Positions 1 to 9,474 of a stretch of DNA of 32,000 nt are shown here, piece after piece. The stretch is from Nitratidesulfovibrio vulgaris str. Hildenborough (GTDB lineage: Bacteria > Desulfobacterota > Desulfovibrionia > Desulfovibrionales > Desulfovibrionaceae): positions 2,790,001 to 2,822,000 of the forward strand of contig NC_002937.3 of NCBI RefSeq assembly GCF_000195755.1, read 5' to 3'. Numbering within the stretch: the first letter of the stretch is position 1; each line of letters opens with the position of its first letter. The position numbers and the translations under genes are program-made. A model generated the notes under the pieces. That model made no database searches and had not been told where the DNA came from. It saw only the letters and a program-made list of their open reading frames with translations.

Positions 1-2
1 CG

Positions 3-665
3 GGGGGGCTGCACTCTGCCGCACTCGCGGGAGGGCGTGCGCCGAATGCCGAGAACCTGCTGCCAGCCCTGAAGCTTCTCAACAGGCTAGACGGCCCCAC
101 GTCCGGCATCCTCATGCTGGCGGGCGACACTGCGGGTGAACGTCAATGGCGGAAAGCGGAGGATGAGGGCGGAACACGCAAGACCTACCTTGCCGTCTGC
201 ACAGGGCGGCTTGAGAGGGGCACGGTCGTCCGCGCCGCGCTGGACACGGCACGCCGCACCGTGACGCGGGTCCGGCCCTGCGACACGGACGACAGGCTGC
301 GCCACACCGAGGTCGTGCCGCTTGCCCACTTCAGGCTGGGCGACCTCGCGAACCTCATCACCGACGACACAGCAGGTGCACCGGCATGCGATGAGACCGT
401 CACGCTGGTGTGCTGCCGCATCCGCAAGGGCGCACGCCACCAGATTCGTGCCCACATGGCTCACATCGGCCACCCCCTGCTGGGCGACGACGTGTATGCG
501 GCCCCGGCATCGCCCCCTCCGGGGCGGATGCCCCTGTTCCTGCATCACAGCCGCATCACCCTGCCGGGATTCTCGGCGGCATGCCTTCCTTCATGGCTGG
601 AATGCCTGCCCGACGCCGCAGCGGCTGCCGCCCGGCGCATCCTCCTCGACGACGAGAGGCCCTGA
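3..665 (+). CDS. RluA-family pseudouridine synthase, C-terminal ~220 aa (5' end lies upstream of the window)
   Basis: The frame is open from nt 3. It reads ...LKLLNRLDGPTSGILMLAGD (RLDxxTSG catalytic-Asp motif) and HQIRAHMAHIGHPLLGDDVYA (conserved RluA/RluD C-terminal motif). Stop TGA at 663-665. The listed ORF start at 114 is only the first in-frame Met. Confidence 0.85.
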   Translation, partial: GGLHSAALAGGRAPNAENLLPALKLLNRLDGPTSGILMLAGDTAGERQWRKAEDEGGTRKTYLAVCTGRLERGTVVRAALDTARRTVTRVRPCDTDDRLRHTEVVPLAHFRLGDLANLITDDTAGAPACDETVTLVCCRIRKGARHQIRAHMAHIGHPLLGDDVYAAPASPPPGRMPLFLHHSRITLPGFSAACLPSWLECLPDAAAAAARRILLDDERP

Positions 666-678
666 CCCCGCTGCCGCA

Positions 679-3600
679 TCAGGGCATGGCTGCCGCCAGA
701 CGCAACAGCACCCGCTCCAGTTCGCCCAGTTCGATGGGTTTGGGGATGTAGGCGCTCATGCCTGCCGCGAGAAAGCGCTCGCGGTCGCCCTCCATGGCGT
801 GGGCCGTGAGCGCCACCACCGGCGGCAACGCACGCGCCTGTTCGCCGGCTTCGGCGCGAATGCGCGCGAGGGCCTCCAGTCCGTCCAGTTCGGGCATCTG
901 GATGTCCATGAGTACGCAGTCGAAACGGCCCTCCCGCAGGGCTTCGACGGCTTCCAGCCCGTTGGTGACGCAGACGGCCTCATGTCCCAGATGATGCAGG
1001 CAACGGCTGAGGGTCATTCTGTTGACCGCCTCGTCCTCGGCGACAAGCACCTTGAGAGGGCGACGCAGCGCAGGGGTGCTGTCCATGACGTCGCAGGTCA
1101 CCCCGCCACCGGAGGGAAGCCTGAACGGCAGGCAGACATGCACCGCCGTGCCCTCTCCCAGAGCGCTCTCGACGTTGAGCCCCCCGCCCATGAGATGCAC
1201 GAGGCGGCGTACGATGCCAAGCCCGAGCCCCGTCCCCGAATATCTGCGCGTCGTCGAACCGTCGAGTTGCGTGAAAGGCTCGAAGATGGACATGAGCCGG
1301 TCGTGGGGAATCCCTATGCCGGTATCGGATACGGAGAACAACAGCCGCACGCTCTCTTCCGTACGCCTCACGGCGCACACCTCGACCCCCACAGTCCCCT
1401 CGTGCGTGAACTTCATGGCATTGCCGAGCAGATTGAAGAGTATCTGCCGCAGCCTGGTACCGTCTCCCCACACCTCGCAGGGCAGTTCGTCACAACGCCA
1501 CCGCAGGCGAAGCCCCCTGATGCGCGCGTCCTGCGCGAACATGTCGTACACCTGCCGCACTGCCTCTTCAGGTGAAAAGCGGTCGTGCCGCAATTCCATG
1601 CGTCCGGCTTCGATGCGCGACAGGTCGAGGATGTCGCTGAGAACCCGCAGAAGCGTGCGCCCCGAATCGAGGGCGATGTGCACAAGTTCGTTCTGGTCAC
1701 GGTCGAGGTCGCCCGCCTCCAGCAACTGGAGCATCCCCAGCATGCCGTTCAACGGTGTCCGCAGTTCGTGACTCATGTTGGCAAGGAACTCGCTCTTGGC
1801 CCTGTTGGCCGATTCCGCATGCTCCTTGGCGAGTGACAGCCTGTGCAACGAGCGACGACGTTCGAGGTGTTCGAGCATCCCGCGCATGAGCAGGTCGAGT
1901 TGTTTGATGTCGGCACGGGTGAAGGGAGTAGGCTTGTCGAGCAATACGGCCACAGCCCCAAGTCTGCCGTCGAGCCTGACCGGGACGGCAAGATGCCGGG
2001 CGTGCGGCCCGTGCCTGCCATGGGTGAGTTCACTGGCCAACGGCCCCATGCCTGCCGCCGCCCGGGTCATCAAGTCGTCCAGACGGGCCCGGTCGGGTTC
2101 CGCGACATGTCCGGCATCGGGCTGGGGCGGCACGCGTCGCGGCCCTGCGATGCCCTCGGGCTCATCCGGGCCCCTGCCACCTGCCGCGCCCCCATCGGTA
2201 TCATCCCCCCCGGCACCGCCATGCGCCACGGAGGCCCATTGCCAGCCTTCCGTCCCGAAGAGCGGGTCCCCATGGTCCACGATATGCCTGATGACCCGCG
2301 TTTCGGGGTCATGGAGCACCACGCGGCCCACCCGTGCCCCCGTCAGCTGCATACTTTGCGTCAACGCATACCGCGCGACCACCTCCTCCGGCTCCTTCAT
2401 GCGGAAGATGCGCTGCAACGCCGCCATACGCCGGGCATTGCTGCGTCGCTCCTCGCGCCCGCGCACCCGGTCGGTCACGTCATGGAACATGCAGGCGAAC
2501 TGGCGTTCGGCAGGCCGATAGGCCGACACCTTGAAATACTTGCCAAGATCACGGTTGAACGCCTCGAACGTCACAGGAACCCCCGTGAGGGCCACCTGAC
2601 CGTAGCGCTGCAACCACTCGCTCTCCAATCCCGGCAGTACATCCCGCGCCGTGCGCCCCACCATCTCGGACGCCAGCAACCCGGTCATACGTTCGAAGGC
2701 CGGATTGACGGCCAGAAAACGATAGTCGACGGGTACTCCGGCCCCGTCGCAGATGATCTCATGCAGTGCGAACGCACTCAGCATGCCGTTGAACAGGGCA
2801 CGGTAGTCCTCGGTTGCCCTGCGCATGGCCGACACGTCGCGGCCTATGCACAATACCGTGGCGTCCCCTCCATCAGGGGCGGGCTCGGGAACGATACGCC
2901 ACTCGAAGAACCGGCGCCCCTGCCGCGTGCGCTCTTCCAACTCCGCCCGCTGCACCTCACCGGAGGACATCGCCAGCTGGACTCTCTCCCGCAGTTCACG
3001 CAGCATCGCAGGCTGCTGCCCAAGTGGCTGCCCCGTCACGTGACCAGAGGGCAGTCGCTTGCTGCGCACGAAACGACGCAACGCCGGGTTCGCAAAGAGC
3101 AGCCGTCCACGCGCATCGAAGCGCACCACGATGTCCGGAATGTTCTCCACCAGCGTGCGGTATCCGCGCTCGCTGGTTACGAGTGCCGCCCCGGTCTCCT
3201 GCGCGGCCGTGATGTCCTCGGATATGGCGATGACATCGCCAAGGGGCAGTCTGCAGAAGATGCACCGCCAGAATCGTCCCCCACCGGCTGCGCCATGTCG
3301 CAGGGCCGGAATCTCGAGGGTTCCCCCTTCCGCATGGACCCGGCGCAGGGCCTCCCCGAAGGGGGATTCCACAAGCCATGGCAGCAGCGAACCGAGCAAA
3401 TCGGGGGATTCGGGCAAGTCGGGCGAACCGTCATCGCCATTGCGGGGCACATTCTCGAGATAGGCCTTTGCAAGGGGATTCATGTCGATAAGGCGTGATG
3501 CCCCCACATCACGTGCGACGCGCCACACGAAGACCATGACGGGTATGCGCTCGAAGACGCTTCGATAGAGTGCCCCGGTACGCCGCAGTTGTTCCACCTG

Positions 3601-3696
3601 CGAATCGTGCAACACCCTCTCGCGACGAAGGGTCCGGATGGTGCTCTCGGCCTGTACCATCCGGGCACGGTGTTGCTTGTCCTTACGTCGCGCCAT
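679..3696 (-). CDS. Hybrid sensor histidine kinase / response regulator with PAS-type and GAF-like sensory domains
   Basis: H-box [19 protein letters not shown]-box [10 protein letters not shown]-boxes DTGIGI and GTGLGLGIV, then a receiver domain ([11 protein letters not shown]...[12 protein letters not shown]...YIPKPI). The N-terminal half has PAS-like repeats. Start chosen at ATG 3696 (MARRKDKQ...) because GGGAGG lies 5 nt upstream. The 4011 start of the raw ORF would run through the AT-rich divergent promoter region. Confidence 0.9.
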   Translation of the reverse strand: MARRKDKQHRARMVQAESTIRTLRRERVLHDSQVEQLRRTGALYRSVFERIPVMVFVWRVARDVGASRLIDMNPLAKAYLENVPRNGDDGSPDLPESPDLLGSLLPWLVESPFGEALRRVHAEGGTLEIPALRHGAAGGGRFWRCIFCRLPLGDVIAISEDITAAQETGAALVTSERGYRTLVENIPDIVVRFDARGRLLFANPALRRFVRSKRLPSGHVTGQPLGQQPAMLRELRERVQLAMSSGEVQRAELEERTRQGRRFFEWRIVPEPAPDGGDATVLCIGRDVSAMRRATEDYRALFNGMLSAFALHEIICDGAGVPVDYRFLAVNPAFERMTGLLASEMVGRTARDVLPGLESEWLQRYGQVALTGVPVTFEAFNRDLGKYFKVSAYRPAERQFACMFHDVTDRVRGREERRSNARRMAALQRIFRMKEPEEVVARYALTQSMQLTGARVGRVVLHDPETRVIRHIVDHGDPLFGTEGWQWASVAHGGAGGDDTDGGAAGGRGPDEPEGIAGPRRVPPQPDAGHVAEPDRARLDDLMTRAAAGMGPLASELTHGRHGPHARHLAVPVRLDGRLGAVAVLLDKPTPFTRADIKQLDLLMRGMLEHLERRRSLHRLSLAKEHAESANRAKSEFLANMSHELRTPLNGMLGMLQLLEAGDLDRDQNELVHIALDSGRTLLRVLSDILDLSRIEAGRMELRHDRFSPEEAVRQVYDMFAQDARIRGLRLRWRCDELPCEVWGDGTRLRQILFNLLGNAMKFTHEGTVGVEVCAVRRTEESVRLLFSVSDTGIGIPHDRLMSIFEPFTQLDGSTTRRYSGTGLGLGIVRRLVHLMGGGLNVESALGEGTAVHVCLPFRLPSGGGVTCDVMDSTPALRRPLKVLVAEDEAVNRMTLSRCLHHLGHEAVCVTNGLEAVEALREGRFDCVLMDIQMPELDGLEALARIRAEAGEQARALPPVVALTAHAMEGDRERFLAAGMSAYIPKPIELGELERVLLRLAAAMP

Positions 3697-3853
3697 GCCA
3701 CCTCCCTGCCGGAGTCTGCGCGTACGAAGTGCTGCCCTCAGGTACGGCGCACTCATCGATGAGGCGAAGCCGCCATCTCGGCCATCTGTGACCATACCTA
3801 CCTCAAAGCATCCCGCAATGATATTGCGCCCCCGCGTGATGTGCATTTTTATC

Positions 3854-3882
3854 TTGAAAACAAAAATCAATTTCAATATACA
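3854..3882 (+). promoter_or_regulatory. Candidate sigma70-type promoter for flavodoxin (TTGAAA-17 nt-TATACA)
   Basis: TTGAAA at 3854-3859, a 17-nt A/T-rich spacer, and TATACA at 3877-3882. It lies inside the only AT-rich island of the HK/flavodoxin divergent intergenic region. It would give a ~145-nt 5' UTR. Confidence 0.3.
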
Positions 3883-4013
3883 CGAGTCACGCCCTTTCCA
3901 CACCGGGCACAGCAAGGACAGGATGACGATGCAGAAGAACGACCGAACCACCCCATGCCCCACCCTCTGCCGGTGTACACCGCCGTCGCCCCGCTGACGG
4001 GACGGCGGCATGA

Positions 4014-4481
<468 letters not shown>

Positions 4482-4578
4482 TCACACGCGGGCGACCTCA
4501 CCTCCCCGGCCATATCTTACAACCGGGTCGTGACGCATGACGGCCCTCGCTGCATACAGTCTGCAAAGGAGTATCACC

Positions 4579-4758
4579 ATGACCACCGCCAGTTCCATAT
4601 CCTCACTGCACGAAGCACGCAGGGCCTTCGGCCGGGGCATACGCTCCGCCCTCCTTTCGGGGGGGCGTCGCCCAGATGCGCCTGCCGGACATGCGGTAGA
4701 GGAAAAGGTGCACGCCGCAAGAGAGGAAGCGCACCAGAGGACGGACGACCATGCGTGA
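4579..4758 (+). CDS. Hypothetical small protein (59 aa), weakly supported
   Basis: AAGGAG lies 7 nt upstream of ATG 4579. The third-position GC bias is only moderate. No recognisable motif. Confidence 0.25.
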   Translation: MTTASSISSLHEARRAFGRGIRSALLSGGRRPDAPAGHAVEEKVHAAREEAHQRTDDHA

Positions 4759-4810
4759 TTGCCTGCCCTTCTTCGCCGCTGTCATCGCCCTTGAAATCCT
4801 CGTGACATCG

Positions 4811-4908
4811 CTGATGCTGGGATGATGCCCGTCTGATACCCGCCTGGTACTCGCCTGATACTAGGCTGATGCTAGCTGATGCCGGGAGGATGCGGGGCTG
4901 ACGCACTC
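4811..4908. repeat. Nine tandem ~11-bp direct repeats, core CTGATRC
   Basis: CTGATGCTGGG ATGATGCCCGT CTGATACCCGC CTGGTACTCGC CTGATACTAGG CTGATGCTAG CTGATGCCGGG AGGATGCGGGG CTGACGCACTC, read directly. The period is not a multiple of 3. Confidence 0.9.
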
Positions 4909-5148
4909 GCTACGCTCGCGACGGGAACGTCCCCGGTGCAGCGTGTCCTCAAAAGGGTCGGGGGAGAACGGATCGTTCCGGACAAGCCGCGGACATCTCG
5001 CGGTCTAGGCCCCTTGCTGTACAGCTGAGCCGCGGGCGGCATACCTCGGCCAGCATCGCCGAAGAGACACAAGCGCCGTTCTGGTCGTTTCTTGCGGTTC
5101 CTTCACCAGAAGGGTCCGCCTCCCTGACCGCACTCGCCTCCAGACGGA

Positions 5149-5181
5149 AAGCCCCCTGTACCGTAGTGGTACAGGGGGCTT
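5149..5181 (-). terminator. Stem-loop terminator downstream of dedA (possibly bidirectional)
   Basis: AAGCCCCCTGTACC / GGTACAGGGGGCTT, a 14-bp perfect stem with loop GTAGT, 37 nt past the dedA stop. Followed by TTTCC on the minus strand and TTCC on the plus strand. Confidence 0.7.
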
Positions 5182-5217
5182 CCTACTGAACGTATCGTTC
5201 GCGCTATGCCGCCGCAA

Positions 5218-5859
5218 TCAGCCCCGCCGCCGCATCCGCGACCGGACGAGGTCGACGGCGATGGGCAACACCGAAACCACGATGATGGCATAGATGAGCA
5301 CACTGAAGTTGCGCTGCACGAAAGGCGTGTTGCCGAGGAAATAGCCGGCGGAGACCAGCGAGGTCACCCACAGGATGCCGCCGCTGATGTTGAACATGAA
5401 GAATCGCGTAGGGCACATGGTGGCGACACCGGCGACAAAGGGCGCGAAGGTGCGCACGATGGGGATGAATCGCGCCAGCACGATGGCCTTGCCCCCATGT
5501 CGTTCATAGAAGTCATGTGCCCGTTGCAGGTGCTGTTTGTTGAGAAAACGTGTCTCCCGCTCGAAGATGGCGGGCCCCACATGACGGCCTATCTCATAGT
5601 TCACGGCATCGCCGCCGACGGCGGCAGCCAGCAGCACGCCCATGAGCGTGGGGTAATCGAGATGCCCTGCCCCGGCGATGGTCCCCGCCGCGAAAAGCAG
5701 CGAATCACCGGGAAGGAACGGAGTGACCACCAGCCCCGTCTCGCAGAAGACGATGCAGAACAGGATGGCATAGGTCAGCGTCCCATACTCTCCGACCAGT
5801 TGAAACAGGTACTTGTCGACGTGAAGCAGCAGGTCTATCAGATGCGTCAGCATTTCCAT
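5218..5859 (-). CDS. DedA/SNARE-associated family inner-membrane protein
   Basis: 213 aa. Family-typical segments ETGLVVTPFLPGDSLLFAAG and GKAIVLARFIPIVRTFAPFVAG, plus multiple TM helices. GGAGGA SD upstream of ATG 5859. Confidence 0.9.
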   Translation of the reverse strand: MEMLTHLIDLLLHVDKYLFQLVGEYGTLTYAILFCIVFCETGLVVTPFLPGDSLLFAAGTIAGAGHLDYPTLMGVLLAAAVGGDAVNYEIGRHVGPAIFERETRFLNKQHLQRAHDFYERHGGKAIVLARFIPIVRTFAPFVAGVATMCPTRFFMFNISGGILWVTSLVSAGYFLGNTPFVQRNFSVLIYAIIVVSVLPIAVDLVRSRMRRRG

Positions 5860-6229
5860 CGGGTTTCCTCCTGCGGGTGTCCGCGCCCCTCTCTATCCCA
5901 AGCCCTTTGGCCGCACAAGCGTATCGGACGTCGCCGCGCATCCCCCGCGGCACGACGTCGTGACCTGCCCGTTGCAACGCCATGGCATGAGGCACGGGTG
6001 CACCTGTGCTTCCGCTGCCGCACCGGCCTCGCCAGACCGCCAGTCCAGACATCCGGATGCCTGTCGCCGCCCCGTCGCCGGACTTCCTGCCGGACCGCCC
6101 GCGAACGTTCACCCTGCTGGACTGTCGGGACTCTGAAAAAAGTCACACTATGCAACCGCCGGATATGCTCCCGCAACATCGCCCTCTGTCTGGCACACCA
6201 GATTATCAGAGCGCTACATCATTTGGTGC

Positions 6230-6258
6230 TTGCCATTTCATCCGTTGCCCCCTACAGT
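6230..6258 (+). promoter_or_regulatory. Candidate sigma70-type promoter (TTGCCA-17 nt-TACAGT) for the lctP leader / small transcript
   Basis: TTGCCA at 6230-6235, a 17-nt spacer, and TACAGT at 6253-6258. It is the only reasonable -35/-10 pair I found in the 780-nt dedA/lctP intergenic region. Confidence 0.3.
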
Positions 6259-6427
6259 ACCACCTGTAACGAATAGAGGGGCTTCCGGGTGGATGCCCTG
6301 CCACGTCGCCACAAGAGGCCAGACCATGAGAACGCAACACGACACCGCAACCTGCCGCACCGCTCGTCCGGTCGACGTGGCGTGTGTTTCGTCAGCGTCC
6401 TCTTCCGTCGGCATCTCCCTGTCGTGC

Positions 6428-6456
6428 AAGGCCCCCTGCGGGGCCTTTTTCGTTTT
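6428..6456 (+). terminator. Rho-independent terminator inside the lctP upstream region
   Basis: AAGGCCCC-CTGC-GGGGCCTT (8-bp stem, 4-nt loop) followed by TTTTTCGTTTT. It is oriented for the plus strand only. Confidence 0.75.
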
Positions 6457-6534
6457 CCGTTCGTTTACCTTCGGCTATTGGTATCGTTCCATCACCTAGG
6501 GACACGAGCGGACTTACCCCGTCGCAGGCATTCA

Positions 6535-6566
6535 GGGCCGGGACACCGCAAGTGTCCCGGCCCTTT
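6535..6566 (+). terminator. Second terminator-like hairpin in the lctP leader
   Basis: GGGCCGGGACAC-CGCAA-GTGTCCCGGCCC (12-bp perfect stem) followed by TTTCGC. It lies 78 nt upstream of the lctP start codon. Confidence 0.5.
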
Positions 6567-6643
6567 CGCATGTTCCGGGGGGCACGCCCCACGACGTCAG
6601 GCAATCACCCGGCAGCCACCACCGCACCGGAGGAGCACAACGC

Positions 6644-8194
6644 ATGTACACAGCTTCAGTCCTACTGGCCTTTCTTCCCGTGGTCGCCATCTTCCTGCTG
6701 TTGCTCGTGTATCGCGTCGCAGCGGATACGGCGGGCTACATCGGCTGGGGTGTCGCCGCCCTCGTGGCCATCTTCTGGTTCGACACACCCGTGCAGGTCG
6801 TCCTGCTGGCAAGCGCGGCCGGGCTTGTGGCCTCGCTGCCCATCACGCTGGTCATGGGTGCGAGCATCCTGCAGATTTCCGTGATGCAGGAGACGGGCGC
6901 GGTGGCGCGCGTCGTGGCGCTCATGAAGAGCATCGCCCCCGGCCAGCAGGCCGTTCAGATCATGCTCATCAACGTGGGCTTCGGCATCCTGCTGACGTCA
7001 CTGGGAGCGGTGACGGTGTCGATCCTGCCGCCCATCATGCTGGCGCTGGGCTATTCCACCATGACGGCCATCCTGCTGCCCGCCATCGGGTACGACGCCC
7101 TGTGCACCTATGCCCTGCTCGGCATTCCCGCCGTGGTGTACGCCAACTTCGTAGGCCAGCCGGTCAACGAGGTCGGCGGCTACTTCGCGCGGTACATGCC
7201 CGTCATCTCGACCTGCATCGCACTGGGCATGCTCCAGCTCACCGGGGGCATGAAGATGGTGCGCAAGGGCCTTGTCCCCGCACTTGTGGCAGGCCTCACG
7301 GCGGGCTTCACGGCCATATTCATGGCCCGCCTCGGGCTGGTCACCATCACGGGCATCGCAGCGGGCCTTGCGGTCATCGCCGTGCTGATGCTGTACATCC
7401 GCCTCACGGGCAAGCCCCTCCGCGACAGGAACCTGCTTGCCGAGAACGACCTCGCGGCGGAACGCCACCTGTCACTGGCGGCGGCCTGTTCACCGTGGAT
7501 TCTGCTGACCGTGGTCTCGCTCGTGCTCAATGCGCCCTTCCTGCCGTTCTTCGACTTCACCTTCAAACAGCTCTCCATGCCCGTGGAGATCATCCCGCGC
7601 TCGCCCGAGAGGATTCGCCTCTTCTGGCAGGCGTACTTCTGGGTCATCGTGTGCACCTTCGCCGCGCTGCCCTTCCTCAAGGCCACGAAGGCGCAGGTGA
7701 CCTCGGCCCTCGGCAAGGCTGGCAAACGCGCCCTGCGACCCATGATGTCCGCCTCGGTGTTCTTCGCCATCGCCTACGTCATGAACCATTCGGGCAAGAC
7801 GCCTGACTGGGTGCTGGCCGACAAGCTGCACAACATGGTCTACCTCATGGCAGATGCCTCGGCGGCGACATTCGGCAAGTTCTATCCGCTGGTGGCCCCC
7901 TACCTCGGGCTTCTGGGCGGCTTCATCAGCGGTTCCGAATCGTCGTCCATCGCCATGCTCACCAAACTGCACCTCTCCACTTCGGAGTCCATCGGGGCCT
8001 CGGGTCTGCTGGTCGCAGCGGCCAGCGGCATCGGTGGCGGACTCGCCAGCGTGATATCACCCGCCAAACTGCAGAACGCAGCGGCGAGCATCGACCGCAT
8101 CCGTGACGCGGCACAGGCCATTCGCCCGGCCTTCGTCATCGCCATGCTCATCACGGGTGTCTGTTCGGTGATGACCATGTTCTGGGCCTATTAG
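6644..8194 (+). CDS. L-lactate permease family transporter (LctP family)
   Basis: 516 aa and polytopic. The C-terminal segment LGLLGGFISGSESSSIAMLTKL...VAAASGIGGGLASVISPAKLQNAAA parallels the conserved LldP segment GWLGVFLTGSDTSSNALF...ANTTGGVTGKMISPQSI. GGAGGAG SD lies 8 nt upstream of the ATG. Confidence 0.9.
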   Translation: MYTASVLLAFLPVVAIFLLLLVYRVAADTAGYIGWGVAALVAIFWFDTPVQVVLLASAAGLVASLPITLVMGASILQISVMQETGAVARVVALMKSIAPGQQAVQIMLINVGFGILLTSLGAVTVSILPPIMLALGYSTMTAILLPAIGYDALCTYALLGIPAVVYANFVGQPVNEVGGYFARYMPVISTCIALGMLQLTGGMKMVRKGLVPALVAGLTAGFTAIFMARLGLVTITGIAAGLAVIAVLMLYIRLTGKPLRDRNLLAENDLAAERHLSLAAACSPWILLTVVSLVLNAPFLPFFDFTFKQLSMPVEIIPRSPERIRLFWQAYFWVIVCTFAALPFLKATKAQVTSALGKAGKRALRPMMSASVFFAIAYVMNHSGKTPDWVLADKLHNMVYLMADASAATFGKFYPLVAPYLGLLGGFISGSESSSIAMLTKLHLSTSESIGASGLLVAAASGIGGGLASVISPAKLQNAAASIDRIRDAAQAIRPAFVIAMLITGVCSVMTMFWAY

Positions 8195-8206
8195 CGACCG
8201 ACAACA

Positions 8207-8233
8207 GGAACCCCGCGTCTGACGCGGGGTTCC
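8207..8233. terminator. Hairpin between the convergent lctP and PilZ genes
   Basis: GGAACCCCGCG-TCTGA-CGCGGGGTTCC (11-bp stem), 13 nt after the lctP stop. There is no clear T-tract on either side. Confidence 0.55.
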
Positions 8234-8342
8234 ACTGATCAAAGGCCGGTGCATGACGCCCCGGCCCGAAAGACATGCCATGTCCTGTCACCGTTCCTGG
8301 CCACGCACACCAGTGATGCCCTGCCCGCGTCCCCGTCCGGCA

Positions 8343-9023
8343 TCAGCGCACGACACGGTCGGCGCAACTGGTGCCCACGAGAAACGCGGCGGCGTCCACA
8401 TACGCGCCGATGGCGGCGACGACGGGTTCCGGTGCATCCCTGAACTCGAGCCCGCACACGATGCGCCCGCCCTCACCCGCCACATTGCGGACAACGGCCC
8501 CCACTTCCACGGGCTGCTCGCCACCGGGCAACCTGAAGGAGCACTGGACCTCCGTTCCCGCAGCAAGAGTGGGGAGCCCCTCCTCCTCGAAATAGGCGAC
8601 CTTGCATCCACCACGCGACACATCGAGCAGGTAGCCTGCCATGTTGCCCGCCTCGTGGCGGAGCAATGCCGGAACGGAGCAGTTGACCCACGCATCCTTG
8701 CGAAGGCTCACCGCTTCGACCGATTCGGGATGACGCAGGAAGAGCAGCCGGTGCGGCACCGCGACGGATGTCTCGATGGTGGTTTCGCAACCGTGCACTT
8801 CACCGGTGCAATGGAGGTAGCGCAGGACGACGGGCTTGTCCGGGTAGAGGTGGTCCTTGAGCGCGAGGTTCGACGGCATCTTCACGATGAGATAACGGCC
8901 CGCATCCCAGCCGACAAAGACCGACATGAAGCGGTCGCCCACACCTTTCGGTTCCACCACCACACGGTCACCGACACGGGCATCGAACACACGGACATGC
9001 ACACCGGGTCTGCCTTGATTCAT
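8343..9023 (-). CDS. YcgR-like PilZ-domain protein (PilZN + PilZ)
   Basis: 226 aa from ATG 9023 (GGAGGAAGGGAG SD upstream). DVSRGG matches the PilZ DxSxxG motif. The upstream RxxxR element is degenerate (LRKDAW). The raw ORF extends to a GTG at 9356 with no SD. Confidence 0.6.
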   Translation of the reverse strand: MNQGRPGVHVRVFDARVGDRVVVEPKGVGDRFMSVFVGWDAGRYLIVKMPSNLALKDHLYPDKPVVLRYLHCTGEVHGCETTIETSVAVPHRLLFLRHPESVEAVSLRKDAWVNCSVPALLRHEAGNMAGYLLDVSRGGCKVAYFEEEGLPTLAAGTEVQCSFRLPGGEQPVEVGAVVRNVAGEGGRIVCGLEFRDAPEPVVAAIGAYVDAAAFLVGTSCADRVVR

Positions 9024-9474
9024 GAGGTCTCCCTTCCTCCGCAGCCACGTCCTGCACACGGCAGCCAGTCCGCCGGGTACCGATACGGGGGCTCGTGTTA
9101 CGCACGGCACAGATGCCACACTACACGACCAGCATACATGAGTGTTGCCGTGTCGGGCAACACACGACCAACAGACGAAGGGAGTACACACGCTGCCGAT
9201 GGCAGTCGGCCGCATATCTCCGTGCCGATGCCCACGCAGTGCCATGTCATGGGCCCAAGCCTCGCCGCAGTGGTCACTAGGTACGCACACTGGGGAGGCG
9301 TTTAGTTTGGCACAAGGCGTGAGTTCGAGAGCGTCAGGTGTTTTGCCTTGACGCACAAAGGTTTACAATGAAGTCTTGTGCCAAATATCGCGCTACGCAA
9401 AATATGATGCGGATGTGAAAAAATGGAAGAAAAGCGCGCGCGGATTGGCACAGACCAACCCCACTTTAGAACGA

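Noticed and set aside
2075-2235. Gly/Asp/Pro-rich low-complexity insertion ([24 protein letters not shown]..) inside the GAF-like region of the histidine kinase
   Set aside because: It is probably a disordered loop of the kind common in high-GC sensor kinases. Nothing in the DNA (repeats, frameshift, GC change) suggests an insertion event or a separate function.
322-3498. Long plus-strand ORFs (322-1575, 1022-1771, 1775-2521, 1843-3498) opposite the histidine kinase gene
   Set aside because: These are mirror-frame ORFs typical of high-GC DNA, where stop codons are rare. Their products are Arg/Pro/Ala-rich low-complexity sequence with no motifs or SD sequences. The minus-strand frame carries unambiguous HisKA/HATPase/REC motifs.
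3697-4011. N-terminal 105-codon extension of the histidine kinase ORF
   Set aside because: The extension crosses the AT-rich divergent promoter island and comes within 24 nt of the flavodoxin start codon. It encodes implausible sequence (..[17 protein letters not shown]..) and lacks an SD. ATG 3696 has GGGAGG upstream.
4811-4908. Possible CRISPR array
   Set aside because: The units are contiguous 10-11-mers without spacers. That is far too short for CRISPR repeats, and no cas genes are nearby. No CRISPR array, tRNA or rRNA was recognised anywhere in the window.
6191-6207. Sigma54-like TGGCAC element upstream of the lactate permease
   Set aside because: TGGCAC is present, but the obligatory GC (TTGC) element 5 nt downstream is replaced by ATTAT. 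The nearby TTGGTGCTTGCC also fails the GG-N10-GC spacing.
6289-7806. 505-aa plus-strand ORF overlapping lctP in another frame, and minus-strand ORFs 6998-7972
   Set aside because: The products are Arg/Pro/His-rich nonsense typical of off-frame high-GC translation. The 6644-8194 frame gives a coherent polytopic LctP-family protein with an SD.
9024-9356. 111-codon N-terminal extension of the PilZ ORF (GTG 9356)
   Set aside because: The extension is Cys/His-rich, has no SD and reaches into the prophage junction. ATG 9023 has a strong SD, and the PilZN-like domain begins right there.
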